Positions 36,171 to 48,490 of a stretch of 64,000 nt of DNA are shown piece after piece. Source of the DNA: Mobula hypostoma (Eukaryota). The stretch is taken from NCBI RefSeq assembly GCF_963921235.1, contig NC_086108.1, positions 109,308,001 through 109,372,000 on the forward strand. Reading direction: 5' to 3'. The notes below the pieces were generated by a model, which worked only from the letters and a program-made list of their open reading frames with translations, did no database searches and had not been told where the DNA came from. Made by a program: the position numbers and the translations under genes. Every line of letters begins with the position of its first letter. The stretch's first letter is position 1.

Positions 36171-36910
36171 GATGCAACACAATGCTGGAGATATTCCTCC
36201 TCAATGGGAGCATCAAGAAGATCTATGACCAAGAAGGGAGGAGGTGTCCTTTGAATGTTGGATGTTGCCTTCTTGAGGCAGAATCTCTAGTAGATACCAC
36301 CAGTGGTGTAGAGGGATATTAACATGATGTATTTGGCAGAGTCCCCTGCTCTCAGCAGCTTATACTTCTACATATTCAAATTGACATACCAGACCATGAT
36401 GCAACCAGTCAGGATGTTTTTACAGCACACTTGTATAAGTTTATTGTAATATTGATGACAATATTACTCCGTAACCTATTACTCTATAATTAACATACAT
36501 CAAATTTGCTGGTGAACGCAGCAGGCCAAGCAGCATCTATAGGAAGAGGCGCAGTCAACGTTTCAGGCCGAGACCCTTCGTCAGAGCTAACTGAATTAGC
36601 TGTCTTTACTGTCTTTCTTGTTTCAAAAAGAAATTGATAGCAGAAATCATGAAGAATTGGTATATCACCAAAAATTCCAGCGCACTTCTAGAGATGTACC
36701 AGCGGGACCATCCTAACTAGTTGCATTACCATCTGGTATGGAGGAGCCACTGCACACGGTTGCAGAGAGTTCAAGACTTGGCCAACTTTATTACGGGCTG
36801 TACCCTCCCCAGTACTGAGGACTTCTTCAATAGGTGACGCGACAAGAATGTGGCATCCATCATTAAGGACCCTCACCATCCAGGACATGGCCTCTCCTCA
36901 GTACAATAGT

Positions 36911-36989
36911 CAGGTGTTCCCAATCTAGGGGCCATGGACCCCTTGGTTCATGGTAAGACTCCATGGCATAAAAATGTTGGGAACCCCTG
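36911..36989. mobile_element. hAT mini-MITE inside Rex1 fragment (36640-37230)
   Basis: caggtgttcccaa...ttgggaacccctg, shared internal ccatggcataaaaa. Confidence 0.7.
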
Positions 36990-37554
36990 ATCTAGGAGGA
37001 GGTACAGGGGCTTGAAGACACACATTCAATGTTCTAGGAACAGTTTCTTCCCCTCTGTCATCAGATTTCTGAGTGGGCTATGAACCCATGAACACAACCT
37101 CAATGTTTGCTCTCTTTTTGTGCTACTTATATCTTATTGTAACTTAGAGCATTTTCTATGTATTGCACTGTACTGCTGCCGCAAAAGCCATAGCACATCT
37201 CAGTGATAATAAACTTAACTCCGAGTTCTGGTTCAGGAGCCTGATGGTTGAAGGGTAATAACTGTTCCTTTCAAAACTGTAAGCTATCCCAAAGCATTTA
37301 GAGAACTGTCATGGTTAAGATACTGCACAAGCTTTGGGAGGCTAAGGCCATCAATCTGGAGCAATGTGTTCAAATGCCACTAGGAAGCTTCATACAAATA
37401 ATTAAAAGCACTCTGTCTGGACTTTAAAATGTTATTATTGACAATAGCAAATGTTGGCCATGAAGTCATGAGAACATTCTGGCTTCTCAAAGTTCAAAGT
37501 AAATTTATTGTTGAAGTACGTATATGTCACTATATGCAACCTTGAGATTAATTA

Positions 37555-38165
37555 CAAATACAAGAGATTCCGCAGAAGCTGGAAATCCAGAGCAACACAC
37601 ACAAAATGCTGGAGGAGCTCGGCAGGTCAGGCAGCATCTGAGGAAAAGAGTAAACAATCGACGTTTCAGGCCAAAACCCTTCATTAGGGCTGAGAAGAAG
37701 GGAGAAGATGCCTGAACAAAAAGGTGTGCTGGGGGGGGGGGGGAAGAGGCTAGATGGAAGGTAATAGGCGAAGCCAGGTTGGTGGAAAAGGTGGAGAAGA
37801 AAGAATCCGACAGGAGAGGAAAGTGGACAACAGGAGAAAGGGAAAGAGGAAGGGACTCTGGCAGGAGTAATAGGTGGGTGAGAAGAAGAGAAAGGTCAGA
37901 GCAGGGAGTAGAGGAAGATGGGGTGGGGGTCAAGTTTTGGTCACCAGAAGGAGAAATCAATATTCATGCTATCAGGTTGGAGGGCACCCAGACAGAATAT
38001 AAGGTGCTGCTCCTCCACCCTGAGGGTGGCCTCAATTTGGCACAAGATGATGCCATGTATCAACACATCGGAATGAGAAGTGGAATTGCAATTGAAATAT
38101 TTGGCCACTGGGAAGTCGCGCTTGTGGTGGATGGTGAGGAGATGCTTGATAAAGCAGTCCCCCAT
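37555..38165 (-). mobile_element. Older Penelope-like 3' fragment
   Basis: DFPVAKYFNCNSTSHSDVLIHGIILCQIEATLRVEEQHLIFCLGALQPDSMNIDFS; degenerate hammerhead 37656-37693. Confidence 0.85.
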
Positions 38166-38734
38166 TCATAGCAGATACAAAGAAACACCATAGAATCAAT
38201 GAAAAACTACAGACAACCGACCAATAAATAAATGAATTTGAATTTGAGTCATGGTATCGGGACCCTGTTAATGGCGTCATTTATTTCCCTGTGAGTTTAG
38301 GATCTCAGAGCACAGAATACTTGAGATGAGGAGGAATTTCGAAATGAACCTGAATCTAAATTCTTGGTAGGGAAGGGGATACCCACCACTCATATTTAAA
38401 TTTCAAATTAAATTTATTATCCAGATACATATGTGTCACCATATAAAATCCTGAGATGAATTTTCTTCCAGACATTCACACTGCAGATACAAAACAATAC
38501 AATAGAATTAATAAAGAAGCTACACACAGACTGACAATGGGCAGAGGAAGACACTGCAAATTCAAAAAAAAAACAAATATTAATAATGATAAATAAGTAA
38601 ACAAATAACACTGAGAACATGAGGTGTAGAGTTGTTGAAAGTGAGTCTGTAGTTATCATCTTGCACTTTATTGTCTACCTGAATTGCACTTCTTCTGCAG
38701 CTGTCACACTTTATTCTGCATTGACATACCTCAA

Positions 38735-39090
38735 ATGGGTGGTGCGGTCCAGATACATCTCCAGCAAAGGAGCTCCTTGTAAGGCGTTCCTTCTTCTGCG
38801 AGCCTGCAAGTCACCTTTGGGCAAGGTGTACCACCCACCCCGCCCCCAACCTCCGATAAGGGTCATGTGAATCCATGGGAGCAAGTGGTGGATGTTCGTA
38901 TGAGCAGCTGGTGCATATCACAAGTCCTGGTTATGTGACCACTGGCGCCGGGCAGACAATCCCTGAAGACTGTTGATAATGGCTGGGGTCACCAGTCTTG
39001 TAAAGACACTGCCCAGAAAAAGGCAATGGCCAGCCAAGAACAATCATGGTCACTGACTGTGACAGCCCACATCATACAAGACAATACTAC
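38735..39090 (+). mobile_element. BovA-like bipartite RTE SINE (copies 42995-43382 +, 55222-55602 -)
   Basis: Three colinear copies; aaggcaatggc(aaaccacttc) motif resembles RTE-BovB/Bov-A; (gat)n tail in the other two copies. Confidence 0.7.
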
Positions 39091-39489
39091 ATATCTGACA
39101 ATAAAATACCGAGACCAATTCCAGTTCTCTGGCTCTAATGCTCTAGAATGGGATTGATGTAGGAACTGTGCAAACAGGCATAATTATCAGTGCAGACTGA
39201 CAGTCACAGATGGGTCAGGAGATGCCAGATCTGGTATTTCTATACTCCTGTGTGTTCCCAGCACATAAAATCGAGGTTCACAGTGTTGTCCTGAATGTTA
39301 CCCATTTTCAAGGAACCTACAACTCATGTTCTCAGCATTTATTTATTTATTCATCCAATCATTCATTTATCTACCTATCTATTTACTTATTATTTGCACA
39401 ATTTGTCTTCTTTTGCTCATTGGTTGGTTGCTAGTCTTTGTCTGTGTGTACATTTTCATTGATTCTATTATATTTCTCTGTTCTTGAGT

Positions 39490-40320
39490 AATTTCAAGTT
39501 CCTGGCTGTCAATATTTCAGAGGATCTATCCTCAACCCAACATACTGATGCAGCTGCAAAGGCGGCACGAAAGCAGCTTTATTTTGGATAGATTTTGGCA
39601 TAGTAAGGGAATTAAGGATTGTGGGGAAAAGGCAGGTGGATGGAGATGAGTCCGCGGCCATGATCTTATTGAATGGCAGAGCAGGTCTGATGGGCCAGAT
39701 GACCTACTCCTGCTCTTATTTCATATGTTCTTATGTTCATTAGGAGTTGGAGAAGATTTGGTGCACCATCAAAGACATTCCCAAACTTCCACAGCTGTAC
39801 CATGGAGAGCATTCTAAATGGCCTCATCAGGTATGGGGCGGGGGGTAGGTGGGTAGGGTGCTACTGCACAGGATCGGAATAAGCTGCAGAGACTTGTAGA
39901 GTTAGTCAGCTCTATCATGGGCACTAGCTTCTGTAGTATCTAGGACATCTTCAAGGAGCAATGCCTCAGAATGGTGTTGTCCATCATTAAGGGCCCCTAT
40001 CACCCAGGTCATGCCTTGTTCTCATTGTTACCATCAGGGAGGAGGCACAGGAAGCCTGAAGACACTCACTCAACAATTCAGAAACAAATTCTTCCCCTCT
40101 GCCATTCGATTTCTGAATGGACATTGAACTCATGAACACTAACTCACAACTTTTCAATTTCTAGTTTTGTACTACTTATTTAATCTTATCTATTTAATAG
40201 AAATATACATACCGTAGTTCACATTTTGTCTCCATTATTATGTATTGCATAGTACTGCTGCCACAAAGACAACTAATTTCACAACAAGTGCCAGTAATAG
40301 TAAGTCTGATTCTGATTCTA
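39490..40320 (+). mobile_element. Rex1/Babar 3' fragment with nested CR1 tail (39585-39735)
   Basis: aatttcaagttcctgg..catcattaagg..ccatcagggaggagg; tail ctgattctgatt. Confidence 0.8.
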
Positions 40321-40409
40321 CTGTGAAAACCTGCAAGAAAATGAATCTCAGGGTAGTATGTGGTGACTTATACATACTTTGATAAAAAAATATACTTTGC
40401 ACTTTACAC

Positions 40410-40600
40410 ATTACTTCTCATAGGGCACAGACTGCCAGGAGTCAATAGGGACGCTGTATTTCTTCAAGAAAGCTTTGAGCACGTCCTTGAATCTTTCCCA
40501 GTCAGCCTGGTATTCCTTTGCATGACAGGGCTCAGAATGGAACATCTGTTTCGAGAGTTCGAGCGTACAACTGTTATAGATCGCCCAGCATTGCCAAATC
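40410..40600 (-). mobile_element. RTE ORF C-terminal fragment
   Basis: RFKDVLKAFLKKYSVPIDSWQS resembles RTE RFKD.LK..LK...I....WE.LA. Confidence 0.65.
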
Positions 40601-41799
40601 TGCGGCAGAGCCTTCTGGTTTCCACAATGCACAGAATCTCAGATTTTATTTGACAGGGTCAGGGGTTATTCTATGCAGCGAATAACACAGGGTGCACTGG
40701 GTCAGAGTCACAAAATCTAATTGTGCAATAAATAGAGGCTCAGGTTAATCAGGGTTTCGAACAGGGAACTTCACAGATTGGAATCATTTCTGACTGCAGG
40801 TTGAAATTGCAGGTCAACACTGGAAGGTTTCAGTATCAGTGAGAATGTGTGATGTTTGGAGTGTGACATTTGATGCATTGACCCACAATTTTAATATGTA
40901 AATTGATACAAATAGATCACAACACTAAGAATTGCAGGCTCCAGCAACAATTAGCTAGTGGGAATTGTGGCTGTGAGGGAGCCCAGCTGAAAGGTTGCTG
41001 TAATTAGTATTTATGTGGTACAATCTGCCAAATAATTTCAGAAGTCAAGAAGGTGCAAGCTCCAAAAAGAATCTGCTGCATTTTGAAAGAGAACGATGTA
41101 AATTGGTCTAATATACTAGACAAAACACCAAGAGTTTCGGAATACTGTGGAGAAGCTGCTGTGCACTGTCAAATAGCTTTCAACACAACATTTCTCAGTG
41201 AAAACATTCCTCATTAAGTTCAAAGTATGTTAATTTTCAAAGTTTGTATACCATATACAACCTTCAGATTAAATCTTCTTGCAAGCAACCTCAAATCAAT
41301 GAAACATAATAGAATTTGTGAAAACCCCCACACCACAAAGACCACCAAACATCTATTGTGCAAAACAAGAACAAATCATGCAAACAATAAAACTAATAAA
41401 CAAATAATACACAGAACACGAACCGCAGAGTCCCCGAAAGTGACTCCACCGTCCAGAGTCAGTTCAGTGCTGAGGCGAGTAAAGATGGCTGCAGGCCACA
41501 GTCACAGAGTCAGTTCAGTTCTGAGACGAGTGCCAGTGGTTTGCAGGCCACAGCTGCTGAGTCAGTTCAGTGCCAAGGCAAGTACCAATGGCTGCAGGCT
41601 ACAGACACAGAGTCTGGGGTGAGTAAAGCCTCACAGAGTAGTGATATGAGCACCACAACTACCTTCACCCTTGGCCTTGATGCTTTAATCTTTTAATCTG
41701 CTTAAATAGGCAAAATATCAGTTCATTTATCACTCTCAGGTCCAGACCCTGCCTTATCAATCCGGCCAGAAGTTTTAATGTGGTCCAAAGTTTCATTAT

Positions 41800-42340
41800 A
41801 GCACATGCCCTGGATTAGAGGGCATATAACAAGAGGCTGGACAAACTTGGGTTGTTTTCTCTGGAGAAGCGGAGGCTGAGGGGAGACCTGATCAAGGTTC
41901 ATAAGGTTATGAGAGGCGCATAAAGAGTGGACAGATGGTATCCTTTTCCCAAGGTTGAAATGTCTAATACCAGAGGGCATGCGTTTAAGGTGAGGGGGGT
42001 AATTTCAAGGGAGATGCAAGGGGCAAGTTTTTTTTCTACAGAGAGTGGCAGATGCCTGGAATGCAGTGCGTGGGTGGTGGTGGAGGCAGATACATTACAT
42101 CAGGGTTCCCACCCTGGGGTCCACACTCAGTATTGATCCATGGCATAAAAAAGGTCGGGAACCCGGGCATTACAGATTTTTGAGATGTTTAGATGGACAC
42201 ATGAATGTGAGGAAAATGGAAGGATGTGGACATCGTGTAGGCAGAAGGGATTATTTTAGTTGGCCATTTGATTATTAATTACTTGGATCAGCACAACATT
42301 GTGGGCTGAAGGGCCTTTTCCTGTGCTCTTCAATGTTCTA
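41800..42340 (+). mobile_element. CR1 3' fragment containing hAT mini-MITE 42101-42167
   Basis: LGLFSLEKRRLRGDLIKVHK..NTRGHAFKV; MITE flanked by cattacat/cattacag. Confidence 0.85.
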
Positions 42341-42347
42341 TTGAAAT

Positions 42348-42657
42348 TGTCATTATATCTCTAATGTGTGTTGAGAGACATAGGCCAGAATGGGTAGGAC
42401 CTAAATGCAGAATATCCAAGACCTGAATCGAGACACAATATGAGACTGAAACAAGGACAGGGTTCTAAACTAGACACTAGACAAGGATCCAAAATAGAGC
42501 TGATGACTGGGCACTGAACCTCAGTTCAGGTGCTCTTTAAATACTAAAATCCCAGCACCAAACATGGCCACCAATTAGCAGGGCGGCTTGAGACTTTAAA
42601 GGGGCCACTCCTGCTACCCATATTCCAGAGGGTCACAGTCTGCTGCGTATCGTAACA
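42348..42657 (-). mobile_element. Candidate solo LTR (310 bp)
   Basis: TGTCAT...GTAACA termini; flanks aaat/aaac (imperfect 4-bp TSD). Confidence 0.45.
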
Positions 42658-43914
42658 AAACGTTGATGAGATTTGATTTCATAGAAAACATCCCCTGGGA
42701 ACAAGCAGTTTACTGATATTTGACAGGAAAGAGAAGAGTGAAAGGGTCACAATAATTAAACAGTGTCTCCAAAACGGCTTAATTTGCTTGGGAGGATTTG
42801 GGTATACTTTTTGCTTCAAGTAGGTCACAGACTTTGTGTACGTTTTAAGCCAGTAATGACAGTCTAGCCGAACTGTGAATTCAGTTGGACATACAAATAT
42901 TGTGTATCTACTTTTCCTTCTCAGGAAAATGGTGCCGAAGTTCAAGTTTATATTTAATTGTCATTCAACCATGCAGCACATAGCGCATATAATCATGGTT
43001 GGCAGTGTGGAGATACTTCTCTATCAAAGGAGGTGTAAGGCACTCCTTCCCTCTGCTTGCTAGCCTGTAGGTCACCCTTGGACAAAGTGTAGCACCTGCT
43101 TAGTACCCCCCCTCCACCTGGTCAGGGTCACATGAAACCGTAGGAGCAGGTGGTAGATGGTCATATGAGCAGCCGGTGCGTATCACAAGTTCTGGTTATG
43201 CAACCACTGACACCGAGCAGACAACCACTGAAGAGTATTGGTAATGGTTGGGGTCACCCATCTTGTAAAGACACTGCCCAGAAGAAGGCAATAGCAAACC
43301 ACTTCAGTAGAAAAATTTGCCAAGAACAATCATGGTCGTGAAAATAGGATCATATGACATGGCACCGAATGATGATGATGATGAATTATGATAGCAGAGA
43401 AACAAAGAGTTACAAAACTATGATATAAAAAATATATCCCAAGGCCCTGAGTGTCATGGCCTGAAGACTGATGGTGCATTAATGGAGCCATGTTTCTTCA
43501 AAAACAAGCTCACAGCAGTTCTTCATCTCACGCAAGTGCAGCCGCAGATGAGTACAATCCAGTTTGATTTCCACCAAGCAAACACTGCAGGGCAGCGCCA
43601 ACAGGAGGAGCTAGGCCCCATCCCAGCATGGAATCAGGCAGCACACAGCTGGCTCTGCCATCTCCTTCCAAGGAAGGGCTAAGGAGAAATCAAAACTCAG
43701 GCCTAGGACACTGATATTTTAACCCACCAAATGAGTGCCATAGATCTCAGCCCATCAACTAACAAAAAAGGTACAAACCTGCCTCCTGGCATTAGTCTAT
43801 AGACATACTCACTTAATGTGGTAAGAATCGGCCTGATGCTTTCACCCAAGAGCTCCAAAACCCCTCCAATTTCTGTGTGAGTTTTTCTCAGAATACCACT
43901 GATCCATAACTTTG

Positions 43915-44130
43915 CTCAACTCTCTGTGGACTGTGGGTTTGCAAAGAAGGTGTGGGAAATGATACAAGGGCCCATGTCGCAGTTCTTCCCGGGCAGCTGC
44001 ATAGTAGAGAATTCTCTGAGCTACGGGCTATTCCCTGGGACATCGGAGATGGACATTAAGTACTGCCGGGAGATGATCAGCTTGGTGAAAGACGCCCTTA
44101 GCCTGCTCGAAACCTGTTTGTCTGCCAGCT
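43915..44130 (+). mobile_element. Tx1/L1-clade ORF2 C-terminal (zf-RVT) fragment
   Basis: DCGFAKKVWEMIQG..YGLFPG..ISLVKDAL. Confidence 0.7.
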
Positions 44131-44993
44131 CTGCGAGGGCTTGCTCCTGGTGCTCCAGTTTCCTCCGACAGCCTAAAGACATACTGAGTCCTGAAGAAGG
44201 GTCTCAGCTAGAAACATTAACTGTTTAGTCCTTTCCATAGGAGCTGCATGAGCTGCTAGTTCCTCCAGCATTTTGTGTGTGTTGTTTTGGATTTCCAGCA
44301 TCTACAGATTTGCTGGTGTTTTTGATTAGCATCAGGTAATTTATGGGCTTGCTATGTTGGCGTCAGAAGTGTGGTGACATTAGTGGGCTGCCCAGCGCAG
44401 CCTTCGCTGATTTGATTTGATGCAAAAGGTGCATTTCACTGGTGCTCTGATGTACATGTGACAAAGCAAACTAGTATTTTAAAATAATGTCGCAGAAATC
44501 TAGACAGAAATATTTGAGAGGATGATTAAAGTCTTGAACAAAAGTTTGACCAAATATGTAATCACTTATTTAGAAAATGTAACACACAAAATGCTGGAGG
44601 TACTCAGCGGGTCAGGCAGCTTCTATAAGGAGGAATAACTAATATTTTAGCCTGAGACCCTTCATCAGGACTGAAAAAGCAAGAGGATGAAGCCAGAATA
44701 AGAAGGGAAGGGAAGGGGGAAGGAGTACAAACTAGCAGGTGATAGCTAAAACGAGGTGAGAGGGGAGGCGGTGGGTGGGGGAGGTGGATGAAGTGAAAAG
44801 CTGAGAGGCGATAGGTGGAAGAGGTAAAGAGCTGAAGAAGAAGGAATCTGACAAGAGAGCAGAGTGGACCGTGGAAGAAAGGGAAGGAGGAGGTGCACCA
44901 GAGGGAGGTGATAGGCAGGTGAGAAGCAGAAAAGAATAAAGAGAAAAAAAGAGAGGGAGGTGAAGAGGCAAAGATATTTCAGAAGTTTCACCT

Positions 44994-45232
44994 ATCTCAT
45001 TATGTGACTGTAGGATCTGATGAATCATGTACTGAGGATATTATTTACATCTTAATTCATTCATGTGGCAGCCACCACCCCCACCTCACTCTAAAACTGT
45101 CTGGACACAGAGGACAAAATGAGACGAAATGAAAAAGTCATGCCCTCAGCTTGGTGAGTTTACATATGAATAGCTAATGACATGCTGAGGATTATGAGAC
45201 AATTGAATATTCATGAACTGAATTGTTTCCAA
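44994..45232 (-). promoter_or_regulatory. Candidate enhancer copy A (inverted paralog of 52203-52435)
   Basis: Exact shared blocks TCATGAATAT, TAATCCTCAGCATG, TATTCATA, ATGAATTAAGATG, CACATAATGAGAT in the same order; function is inference. Confidence 0.4.
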
Positions 45233-45824
45233 ATCAGCCAAGGAAGTTCTTCTATAATGAGCTACATGCAGGGGGTGCCGGACACAATTAATTCTGTGCA
45301 AGCATGCCCGAGGGTCCACAGTCTCACTGAGGGATTGGCTTTGGATAGAGTGTGTGTGTGTGTGTGTAACATAGATGTTTCAACAGTAATGACATCCAAT
45401 CTTAATCTTCCCTCTCCAATAGCTGGTCCAGTGTTAGGACAGCAATTACAAATTTATAACTAGGAGAAATGGAGTGAGAGTATTTCTGTGATTAGCTTTA
45501 CTTGCCACAATGTAGATCAAAACAACGGAACACACGGCGAAATGCGTCATTTGCGTCAAACCAAATCAGCGAAGGTTGTGTTGGACAGCCCGTAGGTATC
45601 GCCACACAAGAGTGATATCTCATTCACACTTGTATCAGCCATTGAGTTGTTCTGCAGTGGTCCTGTTGCAGGGTTTCAGCCAAGGAAATCCTCTCTCAAT
45701 GTCCTGGCCACTGTTTATCCCTCACATGACAGCAGTTATTTTCGTCCTGATGCAGGGTTTCAACTGAAAGGTCGGCCTTCCTTTCCCCAAGCCTGCTGAG
45801 TTCAGCAGATCAGTAGTTTAAAAA

Positions 45825-47515
45825 CACAAGCATGAAGAAATCTGCAGATTCTGGAAATTCAAGCAACACACACAAAAAATGCTGTTGAACACAGCAGGCC
45901 AGGCAGCATCTCTAGGAAGAGGTACCGTCGACGTTTTGGGCTGAGAGCCTTCGTCAGGACTAAATGAAAGAAGAGATATTAAGAGATTTAAAAGTGGGAG
46001 GTGGAGGGGGAGATCCGAAATGATGACAGGAGGGGGAGGGATGGAGCCAAGAGCTGGAAAGTTGATTGGCAAAAGGGATACAAGGCTGGAGAAAGGAGAG
46101 GATCATGGGACGGGAGGCCTAGGGAGAAAGAAAGGGGGAGGGAAACCCAAAGGATGGGCATGGAGTATAGTGAGAGGGACAGAGGGAGAAAAAAGAGAGA
46201 AATTTAAAAAAAAATAATAATAAATAAATAACAGATGGGCTACAAGGGGGAGGTGGGGCATTAGCGGAAGTTTGAGATGTCAATGTTCATGCCATCAGGT
46301 TGGAGGCTACCCAGACGGAATATAAGGTGTTGTTCCTCCAACCTGAGTGTGGCTTCATCTTTACGGTAGAGGAGGCCGTGGACAGACATATCAGAATGGG
46401 AATGGGACGTGGAATTAAAATGTATGGCCACTGGGAGATTCTGCTTTCTCTGGTGGACAGAGACTGTCTGGGGCCCTGAATGGTGGTAAGGGAGGAAGTG
46501 TAAGGGCATGTGTAGCACTTGTTCCGCTTACAAGGATAAGTGCCAGGAGGGAGATCAGTGGGAAGGGATGGGGGGGACAAATGGACAAGGGGGTCACGTA
46601 AAGAGCGATCCCTGCAGAAACGGGGGGGGGGGGGCGGGGGGGAGGGAAAGATGTGCCATGGTGGGATCCTGTTGGAGGTGGCGGAAGTTACGGAGAATTA
46701 TATGTTGGACCTGGAGGCTGGTGGGGTGGTAGGTGAGGACAAGGGGAACCCTACTCCTAGTGGGGTGGCGGGAGGATGGGGTGAGAGCAGATGTGCATGA
46801 ATTGGGAGAGATGTGTTTGAGAGCAGAGTTGATGATGGAGGAAGGGAAGCCCCTTTCTTTAAAAAAGGAGGACATCTCCCTTGTCCTAGAATGAAAAGCC
46901 TCATCCTGAGAGCAGATGCAGCGGAGATGGAGGAATTGTGAGAAGGGGATGGCGTTTTTGCAAGAGACAGGGTGAGAAGAGGAATAGTCCAGATAGCTGT
47001 GAGAGTCAGTAGGCTTATAGTAGACATCAGTGGATAAGCTGTCTCCAGAGATAGAGACAGAAAGATCAAGAAAGGGGAGGGAGGTGTCGGAAATGGACCA
47101 GGTAAACTTGAGGACAGGGTGAAAGTTGGACGCAAAGTTAATGAAGTCAACAAGCACAGCATGCATACAGGAAGCAGCGCCAATGCAGTCATCGATGTAA
47201 CAAAGGAAAAGTGGGGGACAGATACCAGAATAGGCACGGAACATAGATTGTTCCACAAAGCCAACAAAAAGGCAGGCATAGCTGCGATCCTCATGGGTGC
47301 CCATAGCTACACCTTTAGTTTGGAGGAAGTGGGAGGAGACAAAGGAGAAATTATTAAGAGTAAGGACTAATTCCGCTAGACGGAGCAGAGTAGTGGTAGA
47401 GGGGAACTGGTTAGGTCTGAAATCCAAAAAGAAGCGGAGAGCTTTGAGACCTTCCTGGTAGGAGATGAAGGTATATAGGGACTGGACATCCATGGTGAAA
47501 ATAAAGTGGTAGGGG
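45825..47515 (-). mobile_element. Penelope-like element, 5'-truncated: RT, partly deleted GIY-YIG and tail
   Basis: FTMDVQSLYT, KGVAMGT, YIDD, LPFLDL in 316-aa ORF; CxxC/YIGE segment deleted near 46460; degenerate hammerhead 45926-45963. Confidence 0.95.
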
Positions 47516-47602
47516 CCTGTTGACTTCATTAACTTTGCCTCCAACTTTCACCCTGCCCTCAAGTTTACCTGGTCCATGCCCGACACCTCCCTCCCCTTTC
47601 TT

Positions 47603-48333
47603 GACCGGATAATTTTGAAAACACTGATTTCATGTAAAAATGACAGGCGTCCACACTAGGCGTTTTTAAAAATACCTCTGTCCACATTAAAACGGATAGT
47701 TAGGTGAACCTCCTCCTACCGGGCATGCTCAGGACACACAGAAAACAAGCCAAGAGGAAACGGTATACTTGGTGCACGTTTGTCCAGAAACATTTCCTAC
47801 AGCCATAGTCTCTTCACCAATGAAAGGGACGACGGCTACAACTAAGTGCAATAAGGCTTGTTACTGGGCAAAAGTGAAATTTGCTGTTGCCTCATTTGTT
47901 TGCCTTTACTTTTGCCATGTCTTTGTGTATTATTTTATTGTATTTAACATGTGTAATAAAACAAGTTACTGGGCAAAAGTGACAATTGCATCTATTGAAT
48001 GTTTGCACAAGCAATACATTAATAAAGCGCCTTGTTAAATGTACAAAACATGTCTGCATCAGTGTTATCTTGTATTTCCATACAATGCTACATTAGGCTG
48101 TTACACATTTATTGTCAGATATTGTTGTGGTGTTGGAGGTTACGATCAAGAAAACAATGAGATGCCGGGCTGCCACCATTTGTTCCGGCACGTCATGACA
48201 GCGGCTTTAAAAATAGCCGGTTACCCCGTACACACTGTGCCGGATATTAGGCGTTTTCAGATTTATTCACTCTGGAGAGCGTTTCTGAAAAAGCTTTGGT
48301 TACGGATTTATCCGGCCTAGTGTGGACTTAGCT
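47603..48333. mobile_element. PIF/Harbinger-like non-autonomous DNA transposon, left TIR clipped
   Basis: Left gaccggataa, right ttatccggcctagtgtggacttagct; subterminal gtccacac and cgttt motifs. Confidence 0.6.
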
Positions 48334-48395
48334 TTAGTGTAACACCTTACAGCACCAGCGAATGGAAGATGGAGGTTTGATTTCTTCTGCGGTCT

Positions 48396-48490
48396 GTATG
48401 AGAGTTGTACGTGACCGGTTTACGGCCTGTACGAGGGTCGTACGTGACCGGTTTACGGCCCGTACGAGGGTCGTACGTGACCGGTTTACG
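48396..48490. repeat. 33-bp CpG-rich tandem repeat (~3 copies)
   Basis: gtacgagggtcgtacgtgaccggtttacggcc(t/c). Confidence 0.9.

Noticed and set aside
40620..41215. Repeat-free AT-rich islands (also 20600-21120, 61700-62420) as conserved elements
   Set aside because: No evidence inside the window beyond absence of recognisable repeats
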